DNA from: a virus
DNA: 37,995 bases
Direction: 5' to 3' (one strand)
Virus record (IMG/VR): IMGVR_UViG_3300044666_000001
Location: 1 to 37,995 of that record
Shown here piece by piece: positions 5,954-13,921 of this stretch. Positions within the stretch are counted from its first letter, which is position 1, and every line of letters begins with the position of its first letter. Below the pieces are notes generated by a model that saw nothing but the letters and a program-made list of their open reading frames with translations, was not told the DNA's origin and did not search any database. Both the position numbers and the translations under genes were made by a program.

Positions 5954-6730
5954 ATGACTACTGCAACTGAATTCGATGTTGTCGACGTGGCGGCTAAGGA
6001 ACCCGCACAGCGCGCCATTGCCACGGCTCGCTCTGCCACGCCAGCAGACCTCCTGCGCATCGCTGTTGAAGGGGGCGCCGATCTTGACCGCCTGGAAAAG
6101 CTGATGGGCCTGCAAGAACGTTGGGAAGCTAAGGAGGCCAAGCGAGCGTACGACGCAGCTTTCGCAGCTTTCAAGGCTGAGGCGATCACGATCCTGAAGG
6201 GCCGTAAGGTCACCGACGGGCCGCTCAAGGGGAAGTCTTACGCTGAACTTCACGACATTGTGAATGCGGTCACGCCTGCCCTTTCTAAGCATGGCCTTTC
6301 GTCGTCGTGGAAGCTCACGATTGATGAAAAGGACTGGATGCAAGTGACGTGCTATCTGCGCCACGTCAATGGCCACGAGGAAAGCGTTTCGATGGGAGGG
6401 CCTCCTGACGCAGGAGGCGCTAAGAACGCCATTCAGGCCCGGGCAAGTACCAAGACCTATCTTGAGCGCTACACCCTCAAGGCAATCACCGGCCTGTCTG
6501 AGCAGGATGACGATGACGATGGTCGCGGTAACCAACGTGCTGATATGGCAGTACGCGACGGCTGGATTACGAAGGCCAAAGAAGCCAAGACCGCTGCTGA
6601 TCTTGAACAAGTTTGGAAGGACGGAGTTAAAGCTATCAAGGCTACTAAGGACATGGGCCTGTACAACGAGTTCAAGCACATTGTGGAGAGCAAGGGTGCT
6701 GACTTCAAAGCCGCTGAGGACTCGAAATGA
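5954..6730 (+). CDS. erf: ERF-family single-strand annealing protein
   Basis: KSYAELHDIVNAVTPALSKHGL and NAIQARASTKTYLERYTLKAITGLSEQDDDDDG parallel P22 Erf (YKYRSCEDILEGVKPLL and SSYARKYCLNGLFGIDD). ATG at 5954 follows GAGGTGG. Confidence 0.8.
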   Translation: MTTATEFDVVDVAAKEPAQRAIATARSATPADLLRIAVEGGADLDRLEKLMGLQERWEAKEAKRAYDAAFAAFKAEAITILKGRKVTDGPLKGKSYAELHDIVNAVTPALSKHGLSSSWKLTIDEKDWMQVTCYLRHVNGHEESVSMGGPPDAGGAKNAIQARASTKTYLERYTLKAITGLSEQDDDDDGRGNQRADMAVRDGWITKAKEAKTAADLEQVWKDGVKAIKATKDMGLYNEFKHIVESKGADFKAAEDSK

Positions 6731-7359
6731 TCCTAATCCAGTGCGAACAAGGCTCTCCCGAATGGCACGCAGCCCGTACCGGCGTGATTACGGCCAGCAA
6801 GTTTCGTGAAGCTCTTGAGACGACGCAGAAAGGTAAACCGACATCCAAATCGTCTCTCTATGCCGCCCAGGTAGCGATTGAGCGTATCAGCGGTCAGCCG
6901 TGCGACGAAGGTTTCAATTCCTGGCAGATGAAACGCGGTCAGGAAATGGAACCCATGGCGCGCATGGAGTACGAGGCACAAACGGGAAACTTCGCCAGCG
7001 AATCTGGAATCGTCCTGACTTATGACCGTCTGTTTGGCTACTCCACAGACGGCTTGGTTGGTGACGACGGCCTTATCGAAATCAAATCGCTTGTGAGTGC
7101 CATCGGGGTTTTGGAAATGTGGCGCGACCGTGACCTGTCCGAGTACATGCATCAGATCCAAGGCGGTTTATGGCTCACTGGTCGAAAGTGGTGTGACTTC
7201 GTGATGTATGCACCTCAGCTAGAACCAGTGGGAAAGCAACTGTTTCGCATGCGCGTCGAACGAGATGACAAATTCATAGATGAAATGGTTAAGAAGCTTC
7301 TGGACTTCTCTGACATCGTAAACGAAAACGAACATATTTTGCGCGAGAAAGTCGCCTGA
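6727..7359 (+). CDS. YqaJ/lambda-exonuclease-like recombination exonuclease
   Basis: GSPEWHAARTGVITASKF N-terminus and IEIKS motif. ATGA coupling to erf. Confidence 0.85.
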   Translation: MILIQCEQGSPEWHAARTGVITASKFREALETTQKGKPTSKSSLYAAQVAIERISGQPCDEGFNSWQMKRGQEMEPMARMEYEAQTGNFASESGIVLTYDRLFGYSTDGLVGDDGLIEIKSLVSAIGVLEMWRDRDLSEYMHQIQGGLWLTGRKWCDFVMYAPQLEPVGKQLFRMRVERDDKFIDEMVKKLLDFSDIVNENEHILREKVA

Positions 7360-7436
7360 CTTCCGAGGCTACCCGGCGGCCGTAGCTGCTCTATGAGCGG
7401 CAAAGAGCCGGGATCAATTTACCAAAGGAGAAATCC

Positions 7437-7790
7437 ATGACTCAAGTGCAAATCCCGCCGCTCAACGATGGCGAAATCTACCTCTGCGGCATCGTCGATG
7501 CGAATGGCGACGTCGAGCATACCGTCATCGTCGCAATCAACAACGAGCGCGGCGAATGGCAGGAACAGATGGAGTGGGCGAAGTCCCTCGGTGCCGACCT
7601 GATGACGCGCCCCGAGCAGGCCATCGCCTTCGCGAAGCACAAGGACCGCTTCGAGGAGGCTGGTTACTGGAGCAATGAGGATGCCGGCGACGGCTTCGCC
7701 TGGTGTCAGCACTTCAGCTATGGTGACCAGCGCTACGGCTTCCAGGGCACCCGGTTGCGCGCGGTGGCCGTCCGCAGATTCAAAAATTGA
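7437..7790 (+). CDS. Hypothetical protein, possibly DUF1566-like
   Basis: 117-aa ORF with AAGGAG upstream. WAKSLGADLMTRPEQ...YWSNE resembles the DUF1566 pattern, but only weakly. Confidence 0.6.
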   Translation: MTQVQIPPLNDGEIYLCGIVDANGDVEHTVIVAINNERGEWQEQMEWAKSLGADLMTRPEQAIAFAKHKDRFEEAGYWSNEDAGDGFAWCQHFSYGDQRYGFQGTRLRAVAVRRFKN

Positions 7791-7818
7791 GTCATTCAAC
7801 CATTTGAACGGGATCTGT

Positions 7819-8103
7819 ATGAGCTACATGGACCCACGCCCCGAAGGGCTGAATACGGAGAAGGCTCCGGAGTCTGTGGTGGAGACGCTGCGCACGCCTG
7901 ACCTCAAGACCGTGACGCCGCTCACGAAAGAAGAATGGATCAAGCGAGCAGCCGAGACACTGGAGCGTGTGTCTCCCGGCTGGACTCCAGATGCTTTGGC
8001 CGACTATGCCGACAGTCTCTACAACAAATATGTGACGGATTGCCCCGACTGCGATAACTTGCCGGAAGAAGCCGTTGCCGAAGACATTACATATTGGGAC
8101 TGA
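7819..8103 (+). CDS. Hypothetical early protein (94 aa)
   Basis: ATG at 7819 avoids overlap with the 7437-7790 gene (the ORF track begins at 7675). Confidence 0.6.
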   Translation: MSYMDPRPEGLNTEKAPESVVETLRTPDLKTVTPLTKEEWIKRAAETLERVSPGWTPDALADYADSLYNKYVTDCPDCDNLPEEAVAEDITYWD

Positions 8104-8107
8104 TGCC

Positions 8108-8800
8108 ATGATGAATCTCAAGACCGTGACGTTTGGCGGCCACACGCTCGAAGCAATCAACGAGTTCGTGGCGCATTCCAAGAACACAGGCGAGTCGATT
8201 GATCAGATCACGATGGATGACGGGACAAGCGCAGCCATTATCAAAGACATGATCGCTATGCTCGCCGCCGCCCCCGCGCCAGTCGCACAGAGCGCAGGGC
8301 AAGAGGCTGGAGGCAGCGTAGGCGCGTGGCTTCGCACCCAACTTCTCGATTATTGCGAAGGTGCTTGTGCGCCTGTACCGGATGTCGACGACCTGTTCGC
8401 TATCGCTGATCGAGCAAAACGTAAATTCGACGCTGCGCCCGTGAATGGCGGCGAGCGCGACGACATCGAGCAGCGAGCCAATGCGCCACACGAACCGATT
8501 GGCGATGGCACAGGACGTTGTGCGCTATGCGGTTCTGATGACGAGAGCGCCCCGATTCACAAGCAAGTCGCAGGGTTGGGCCAAGCGCGTATGGACGACA
8601 CGGCAGCGCGGTACGCGTGGATCGTTTCGAAAGCACGGTTCAGTACGGCTCCCGGTCAGCCCACTGTGATGAGCCTCTCTCTCGAGTTGCCCGCCACTAA
8701 CCATAATCCGCATACCGATTGGATGGGCGAGCGCTTCGTCGAGAGCTTCAACCGCACAATTGATAGTGCACGTACCGCCGAGGACGACGATGACGAATGA
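8108..8800 (+). CDS. Hypothetical early protein (230 aa)
   Basis: ATG at 8108 lies just after the upstream stop at 8103. Acidic C-terminus. Confidence 0.65.
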   Translation: MMNLKTVTFGGHTLEAINEFVAHSKNTGESIDQITMDDGTSAAIIKDMIAMLAAAPAPVAQSAGQEAGGSVGAWLRTQLLDYCEGACAPVPDVDDLFAIADRAKRKFDAAPVNGGERDDIEQRANAPHEPIGDGTGRCALCGSDDESAPIHKQVAGLGQARMDDTAARYAWIVSKARFSTAPGQPTVMSLSLELPATNHNPHTDWMGERFVESFNRTIDSARTAEDDDDE

Positions 8801-9701
8801 GCAAATCAAGCTCGCGCTGGAGTCAGCCGACTGGTCTGGGGCGTCTATTGGAAACAAAGCGCTCATCAAGGCCGCCATTGCTGCCCTCTCGTCTCCCGCG
8901 AAGGTGGGCGGGGATGAGCGGGATGCTATTACGCGCGCGAAAGGGATTCTTGATCTGGTGGATGACTATCACGAGCGCCCGAGTCAAGCGACACGCACGA
9001 AGCTGCGCATTGAACTGACCGACGAATTCAGCGAACTGCTCGCATATGCCGCGCTGTCGGCGGATGGCAATGCCCAACCGGAACACACGGCAATCTACTT
9101 GTCGAAGCGCCTCGTAGGTCACGACGGCGAAGCATCGTTCATCCAAGCACACATCAATCAAGCCGTGAGCGAAGCCGTAGAAGCGCTGTCGGCGGATGGC
9201 GGCAACACCATTATGCAGAACAAAGTCGCATTCCTGAGACAGCATGGCGCAGTTGACGCTGGCACCATGCTTCGCGATGGGAACCTTATCACCCTCGTCA
9301 CCAATCAGGGCCGTGTCGAACGGTTCGACGCAAATGAATTCGGCGGCATCCAGCTATTGGCGGATGGCGGGGAGGACAAGCGGGATGCGGTCGCGTATCT
9401 CGATCTAGGCGCCGGCGGCTACATGGACATTGGGACCGAACTGACGGACGAACAACTTGCCGCGCTGCCAAAAGGACGCCACATGCTTGGGATCATCGGC
9501 ACTTATGGCGTGGACGGATACCACCGTGCCTCGCCGTCGATGTATGACGGGAAAGATGCTGAACGGCTCCAGTTCGCTATGCACAATTGGGGGCCGCGCG
9601 AGTTCGCTATGCATGTTCTGCGCCGTGGCGGAAACGGCGATTTGTCTGATTGCCGATCGTTTGTCGACGCCATTGCCGCCAAGGCGAAGGGGGATGCGTG
9701 A
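8790..9701 (+). CDS. Hypothetical early protein (303 aa)
   Basis: ATG at 8790 (MTNEQIKLALES) overlaps the upstream gene by 11 nt. Confidence 0.65.
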   Translation: MTNEQIKLALESADWSGASIGNKALIKAAIAALSSPAKVGGDERDAITRAKGILDLVDDYHERPSQATRTKLRIELTDEFSELLAYAALSADGNAQPEHTAIYLSKRLVGHDGEASFIQAHINQAVSEAVEALSADGGNTIMQNKVAFLRQHGAVDAGTMLRDGNLITLVTNQGRVERFDANEFGGIQLLADGGEDKRDAVAYLDLGAGGYMDIGTELTDEQLAALPKGRHMLGIIGTYGVDGYHRASPSMYDGKDAERLQFAMHNWGPREFAMHVLRRGGNGDLSDCRSFVDAIAAKAKGDA

Positions 9702-9934
9702 TGCTCAACTGGCTCAAATGGGTATTCGCTCGACAGGAAATGGAAACGCTCGAACGCTACCGAGTAAACATCACGCATGCACAGCGATGGCTCGGCGAAT
9801 TTCCTGACGCCTGCGATGCTCTCGACTATGTTCACGTCGAAAGCGAACAAACGTCGGCGATGAGCATTTCATTGCTTCGCGACAAGATGCGCAACCGGCG
9901 CGTCGCCACGCAGGCAGCGGAGGAGCGGAAATGA
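9701..9934 (+). CDS. Hypothetical early protein (77 aa)
   Basis: ATG at 9701 forms a TGATG overlap with the upstream stop. Confidence 0.6.
   Translation: MLNWLKWVFARQEMETLERYRVNITHAQRWLGEFPDACDALDYVHVESEQTSAMSISLLRDKMRNRRVATQAAEERK
9916..9932 (+). repeat. 17-bp direct repeat AGCGGAGGAGCGGAAAT, partner at 10149-10165
   Basis: Exact match read by eye. It covers the gene end and the RBS. Confidence 0.9.
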
Positions 9935-10170
9935 ATAAGAAAGCTAGTGCGGTTCCACACGTTGTCGAAATCCCACTGCACGAATTGATTGACTCGCTTG
10001 TATGTCTCGGGTTCGACGAAGTAATTGAGTTCATCAAGAAACTGGACGAGGCGTGCCAGGATTGGGACGTTACTGAAACGCTTCACGACTATTTCGTTGA
10101 AGAAATGAAAAAGCTCCACGAAGACGAAGTTCGACTTGAGGAGTTGGAAGCGGAGGAGCGGAAATCGTGA
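9931..10170 (+). CDS. Small, highly acidic protein (79 aa; about 22 D/E against 9 K/R)
   Basis: ATGA-coupled ORF that is visibly more AT-rich than its neighbours and is bracketed by the 17-bp direct repeats. Confidence 0.7.
   Translation: MNKKASAVPHVVEIPLHELIDSLVCLGFDEVIEFIKKLDEACQDWDVTETLHDYFVEEMKKLHEDEVRLEELEAEERKS
10149..10165 (+). repeat. 17-bp direct repeat, partner of 9916-9932
   Basis: Exact match. Confidence 0.9.
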
Positions 10171-10523
10171 ACAAGCTTATCGACGCAACACAGACGCGCC
10201 AGACCGACAGACGCTATGCGATCTATCCAATGGTGACTCTGGAATCCGGGATGCGCGAGGTCGGCTCTCCCAGGCTCCCATTGGCGTATGAATACGCGAC
10301 AAGTGCGACGTTATGCGCTACGTCCATCGGGGCGCCCGGAAGTTCTGAGCGGATGCACGTCCATGCATTGCGAGCAATTCTCAACATGGTCTATGGCGAA
10401 GCCGTCAGCCGCCTATACGAGATCCAGCGCGCGGCGGAGGCTGGTGATGTGGTGGAGGTCATCAATCTGTGCGAGTTGCTGCGAGAAGACATGCTCACGC
10501 CCACCGCAAAGGACCGCTCATGA
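10167..10523 (+). CDS. Hypothetical early protein (118 aa)
   Basis: GTG start in a GTGA overlap with the upstream stop. Confidence 0.6.
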   Translation: MNKLIDATQTRQTDRRYAIYPMVTLESGMREVGSPRLPLAYEYATSATLCATSIGAPGSSERMHVHALRAILNMVYGEAVSRLYEIQRAAEAGDVVEVINLCELLREDMLTPTAKDRS

Positions 10524-10534
10524 GACAGAACGAG
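10519..10534 (+). repeat. 16-bp direct repeat CATGAGACAGAACGAG, partner at 10718-10733
   Basis: Exact match. Both copies contain an ATGA stop/start junction. Confidence 0.9.
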
Positions 10535-10539
10535 GAGGA

Positions 10540-10722
10540 ATGATGATCTTCACAATCGGCCTAGTCGTGGCAATAGTCTTCTGGACTCTAGGGAAGGCGA
10601 CAGCCCCGGTCCTTTTTGAGGAACCGCCCGAGATTCACTACATCTTCTCTCTGTTGTTTCTGGTTGGCATTCTTACGATGGTCATCTCACTTTGCATGCT
10701 GGCTTGGAGATATCTTCCATGA
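10540..10722 (+). CDS. Small two-TM membrane protein (~60 aa)
   Basis: MMIFTIGLVVAIVFWTLGK...IFSLLFLVGILTMVISLCMLAW, with GAGGAGG immediately upstream. Bracketed by the 16-bp direct repeats. Confidence 0.6.
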   Translation: MMIFTIGLVVAIVFWTLGKATAPVLFEEPPEIHYIFSLLFLVGILTMVISLCMLAWRYLP

Positions 10723-10733
10723 GACAGAACGAG
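10718..10733 (+). repeat. 16-bp direct repeat, partner of 10519-10534
   Basis: Exact match. Confidence 0.9.
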
Positions 10734-11705
10734 ATCATTCTGGGCGACTACGGCGATACGGTACACGTCGTCTCGATGTCCGGCGGCAAAGACAGCACCG
10801 CGACAGCGATCCTCGCTATCGAATTACACGGCCGCGAGAATTGCCGCTTCGTGTTCGCCGACACCGGGAATGAACACGAAGCCACCTACGAATACGCCCT
10901 TGGTTACTTGCCCGAGGCACTCGACATCGCCGTCGAAGTGGTAAGTGCGTCCTTCGCAGATGAGTTTGCGACGAAGCGCGCCAATTTGTCGCGAATTGCT
11001 TCGGGCGAGCCGGAAAGCGCCGTATATGGGAAGCGCGAGTTCAAATATCGTTGGACGCCGGAAGCGGCCGCACAGGCCCTCGAACTGCTGGTGCCCACCG
11101 GAAACCCTTTCCTCGATCTGTGCATGCTGAAAGGTGGATTTCCGTCGCGGCGCCGCCAGTTCTGCACCGAGCACTTGAAGCGCAACCCGTTGACCGAATT
11201 CCAGCTCGGGCTGATCGATGAAGGACGGCACGTCGAGTCGTGGCAGGGGGTCCGCGCCGACGAGTCAGAGGCTCGCCGCTGGCTTCCGTCGTACGAGTAC
11301 CTCGGCGGAGGAATGGCGATCCATCGACCGATCCTACGATGGACCGTTGACGACGTTTTCGAGGCTCATCGCGCTTACGGCATCGTGCCCAACCCTCTCT
11401 ACCGACAGGGCATGAGCCGCGTCGGGTGCATGCCCTGCATAAACTGCGGAAAAGCCGAACTGACCGAGATTGCTCGCCGCTTCCCTGAGCACATCGAGAG
11501 GATTGAATTATGGGAACGGCTGGTGCAAAGCGTCACCCGGCCTGATTCACCGGCAACGTTCTTTCATCACCAGAAGAATGGTGCCGCCGGTGTGAGGGCT
11601 GCCGTATCGTGGGCACGCACATCGCGTGGAGGACGACAATTCTCGCTACTGACCGATCTTGCGGAGCCGACGGCCTGTTCCTCGGCTTACGGGCTATGCG
11701 AATGA
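10719..11705 (+). CDS. PAPS-reductase-family (PP-loop ATP pyrophosphatase) protein
   Basis: The PP-loop motif VVSMSGGKDSTA lies near the N-terminus. ATG at 10719 forms an ATGA overlap (the ORF track begins at 10692). Confidence 0.85.
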   Translation: MRQNEIILGDYGDTVHVVSMSGGKDSTATAILAIELHGRENCRFVFADTGNEHEATYEYALGYLPEALDIAVEVVSASFADEFATKRANLSRIASGEPESAVYGKREFKYRWTPEAAAQALELLVPTGNPFLDLCMLKGGFPSRRRQFCTEHLKRNPLTEFQLGLIDEGRHVESWQGVRADESEARRWLPSYEYLGGGMAIHRPILRWTVDDVFEAHRAYGIVPNPLYRQGMSRVGCMPCINCGKAELTEIARRFPEHIERIELWERLVQSVTRPDSPATFFHHQKNGAAGVRAAVSWARTSRGGRQFSLLTDLAEPTACSSAYGLCE

Positions 11706-11721
11706 CCACCCACCCGGCCAC

Positions 11722-11736
11722 GGCCGAAGCACTGAA
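11722..11736 (+). repeat. 15-bp direct repeat GGCCGAAGCACTGAA, partner at 12199-12213
   Basis: Exact match read by eye. Confidence 0.9.
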
Positions 11737-11752
11737 CTGTCAGAGGTACATC

Positions 11753-12169
11753 ATGCCGATCAAGCCAGAGAACAAGGCCCGCTATCCGGCCAACTGGAAG
11801 CAGATACGCGCGCAGGTGCTGGAGCGCGCGCAGCACAAGTGCGAGCAGTGCGGTGTTGCGAACCGGGCGCGCATTGTGCGCGGTACCGGCCCGGACGCCG
11901 ACACGTACATGACCCACGATGCTGAAGTCTATGACGCAGACACCGGCGAATACCTCGGCCTGCGCCGCATGAGCGATTACCACTGCAACGGCAACGTAAC
12001 CGACATCGTGCTCACGATTGCGCATCTCGACCACCAGCCCGAGAACTGTGTCCTCGAGAACCTGAGAGCGTGGTGCCAGCGATGTCACCTGCGGTATGAC
12101 GCCCGGCACCACGCCGCGAACGCAGCAGCCACACGCCGAGCACGGAAGGCCATAGCAGAACTGTTTTGA
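11753..12169 (+). CDS. HNH endonuclease
   Basis: CEQCG...IAHLDHQPENCVLENLRAWCQRCHLRYD is an HNH/zinc-finger signature. ATG at 11753 follows GAGG; an alternative start is at 11702. Confidence 0.85.
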   Translation: MPIKPENKARYPANWKQIRAQVLERAQHKCEQCGVANRARIVRGTGPDADTYMTHDAEVYDADTGEYLGLRRMSDYHCNGNVTDIVLTIAHLDHQPENCVLENLRAWCQRCHLRYDARHHAANAAATRRARKAIAELF

Positions 12170-12198
12170 CGAATGACGAATAAACGAGCGGCCAGTCA

Positions 12199-12213
12199 GG
12201 CCGAAGCACTGAA
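12199..12213 (+). repeat. 15-bp direct repeat, partner of 11722-11736
   Basis: Exact match. Confidence 0.9.
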
Positions 12214-12252
12214 AGAGATTCAGCGGGTTACCGCGAGAGATTGGGGAATATC

Positions 12253-12474
12253 ATGGAATCGTTGACCCTTACCGAAAGTGAGATCGTCGAGGCGACCGGC
12301 TACAGGCAGCCCATCAAGCAACTCGCCGCCCTGCAACGAGCCGGAATTCCTGCCGACCGGCGCCCGGACGGAAGCGTCCGAGTGTGGCGCCACCACATCA
12401 CCGGAGTTGGGGCTGCAAAGCAGTCTCCGCAGCGCCGTGAACCCAAACTCAAATCTGATCGCAAAGCGGCGTGA
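12253..12474 (+). CDS. DUF4224-like small DNA-binding protein, probable excisionase
   Basis: LTLTESEIVEATGYRQPIKQLAALQRAGIP matches the DUF4224 pattern. It lies immediately upstream of int and overlaps it by 4 nt. Confidence 0.65.
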   Translation: MESLTLTESEIVEATGYRQPIKQLAALQRAGIPADRRPDGSVRVWRHHITGVGAAKQSPQRREPKLKSDRKAA

Positions 12475-13580
12475 AAATGATCGGACGACGCAAAAATGCC
12501 TCTCCCCTCCCCGCTCGCGTGTACGAAAAGCATGGCTCATGGTGGTTCGTCGACGCGCGCAGGAAATGGCACAAGCTTTGCCGTGTTGCTGACGGGCTCA
12601 CGACTCTGTACAGTGAACTGGCGAAGTTCACGCGCGACGCGGATGCCAAGCCGGTTGATACGATGCCGGCCCTAATCGATGATTGGCTCGTGAAGAAGCT
12701 CGGCAAATATGCCCAGTCGACGCGCCAAGACTACCGGCGCATGGCGACATTCATCCGCAGCGAGTTCGATAACGAATGGCTGGTGACAGACGTCAAACCG
12801 ACTCACATCGCCCGATTCCTCGACAAGCACTTCGAGGGAAAGCCAAATACCAGCAATAAATATCGCGCGCTTTTCTCGCTCCTATTCTCGCATGCAGTTC
12901 GTAAGGGCCTGCGTGATAGCAATCCCGCCAGCGAGGTCGACGGTGCCGTAGAAAAGAGGCGAGATCGGTACATCACCGATGCCGAGTTGGATGCGATCAG
13001 ACAAGCCGTGATAATGGGCCGCGACGGACGAGAGACAGACTCGGGGAAAACTATAGTGTGTCTGATCGACCTTGCCTACCAGACTGCACAGCGCATCAGC
13101 GATTTGCTGCTGCTCAACTGGCAGGATGTCAGCGACGAGGGTATTTACTTCAAGCCCGCCAAGACCGTGAACTCGAGTGGCGTTCGCATGCTGGTGGAAA
13201 TGACCCCTGACCTACAGGCAACCATCGACAGTGCGAAGGGTGGGAAAGTGAAAGCGATAGGCCCAGTGATTTGCACCCAGACCGGCAACAGATTCACGTA
13301 TAGCGGCGCGCAATCTGCTTGGAAACGCGCGTGCCAACGTGCTCGGGAAAGCTACGAGAAGATGTGCGTGGAGAAGGGCATCACGCCCGATGAGCGCTTC
13401 TTGAGAGATATGCATTTCCACGACTTAAGAGCCAAGGCGCTGACAGATATGAAGCGCCTTGAGGGTGCCACCGCAGCTCAGGCACTTGGCGGCCATACAA
13501 CCGCCGAAATGACTGCCCATTACACCAAGTCGAGGCAGGTGGAACGGGTTTCCCCGGTGCCACTGAAGCGGGCCGGTTGA
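12471..13580 (+). CDS. int: Tyrosine recombinase / phage integrase
   Basis: 369 aa with the catalytic signature QTAQRISD (R), HFHDLRAK (HxxR) and GHTTAEMTAHYTK (H...Y). Confidence 0.95.
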   Translation: MKMIGRRKNASPLPARVYEKHGSWWFVDARRKWHKLCRVADGLTTLYSELAKFTRDADAKPVDTMPALIDDWLVKKLGKYAQSTRQDYRRMATFIRSEFDNEWLVTDVKPTHIARFLDKHFEGKPNTSNKYRALFSLLFSHAVRKGLRDSNPASEVDGAVEKRRDRYITDAELDAIRQAVIMGRDGRETDSGKTIVCLIDLAYQTAQRISDLLLLNWQDVSDEGIYFKPAKTVNSSGVRMLVEMTPDLQATIDSAKGGKVKAIGPVICTQTGNRFTYSGAQSAWKRACQRARESYEKMCVEKGITPDERFLRDMHFHDLRAKALTDMKRLEGATAAQALGGHTTAEMTAHYTKSRQVERVSPVPLKRAG

Positions 13581-13591
13581 GGCATTTTGGG

Positions 13592-13602
13592 TGTCTAACT
13601 TG
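13592..13602 (+). repeat. Putative Int arm-type site TGTCTAACTTG (copy 1)
   Basis: One of four copies of an 11-mer that flank the tRNA fragment. Confidence 0.55.
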
Positions 13603-13654
13603 GCGTTTTGATGCAGCTCAAACCCGCATGAATCCGTGCTTAGAATTTAATCAG

Positions 13655-13665
13655 CAAGTTAGACA
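13655..13665 (-). repeat. Putative Int arm-type site (copy 2, inverted)
   Basis: caagttagaca is the reverse complement of the 11-mer. It is nested inside the inverted repeat TGCTTAGA (13637-13644) / TCTAAGCA (13672-13679). Confidence 0.55.
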
Positions 13666-13708
13666 AAATCGTCTAAGCATATGATTTTGTTGGTTTGACT
13701 TACGACAT

Positions 13709-13752
<44 letters not shown>

Positions 13753-13760
13753 TAAATAGA

Positions 13761-13792
13761 AGGCCCGACGGGTTATGCTCGTCGGGCCTTTT
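13761..13792 (+). terminator. Intrinsic terminator following the tRNA fragment
   Basis: Stem AGGCCCGACG pairs with CGTCGGGCCT around a 9-nt loop, followed by a T-run. Confidence 0.7.
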
Positions 13793-13802
13793 GTCTAACT
13801 TG
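13792..13802 (+). repeat. Putative Int arm-type site (copy 3)
   Basis: Exact TGTCTAACTTG. Confidence 0.55.
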
Positions 13803-13810
13803 AGATGCAT

Positions 13811-13821
13811 TGTCTAACTTG
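13811..13821 (+). repeat. Putative Int arm-type site (copy 4)
   Basis: Exact TGTCTAACTTG, 8 nt after copy 3. Confidence 0.55.
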
Positions 13822-13921
13822 ACGATCCAGCGATGCCCAGCAGCAGAGCGCCATTATGGCCGCCATCAACTGGAAAAAGCGCAGTATGCTAAATTTCGGC
13901 TTTCCAAAAGATCAGGCAAAA

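Noticed and set aside
5683-6679. Minus-strand ORFs 5683-6228 and 5933-6679, opposite erf.
   Set aside because: The plus strand encodes a recognisable ERF-family protein in an operon of coupled plus-strand genes. The minus-strand frames lack motifs and start signals.
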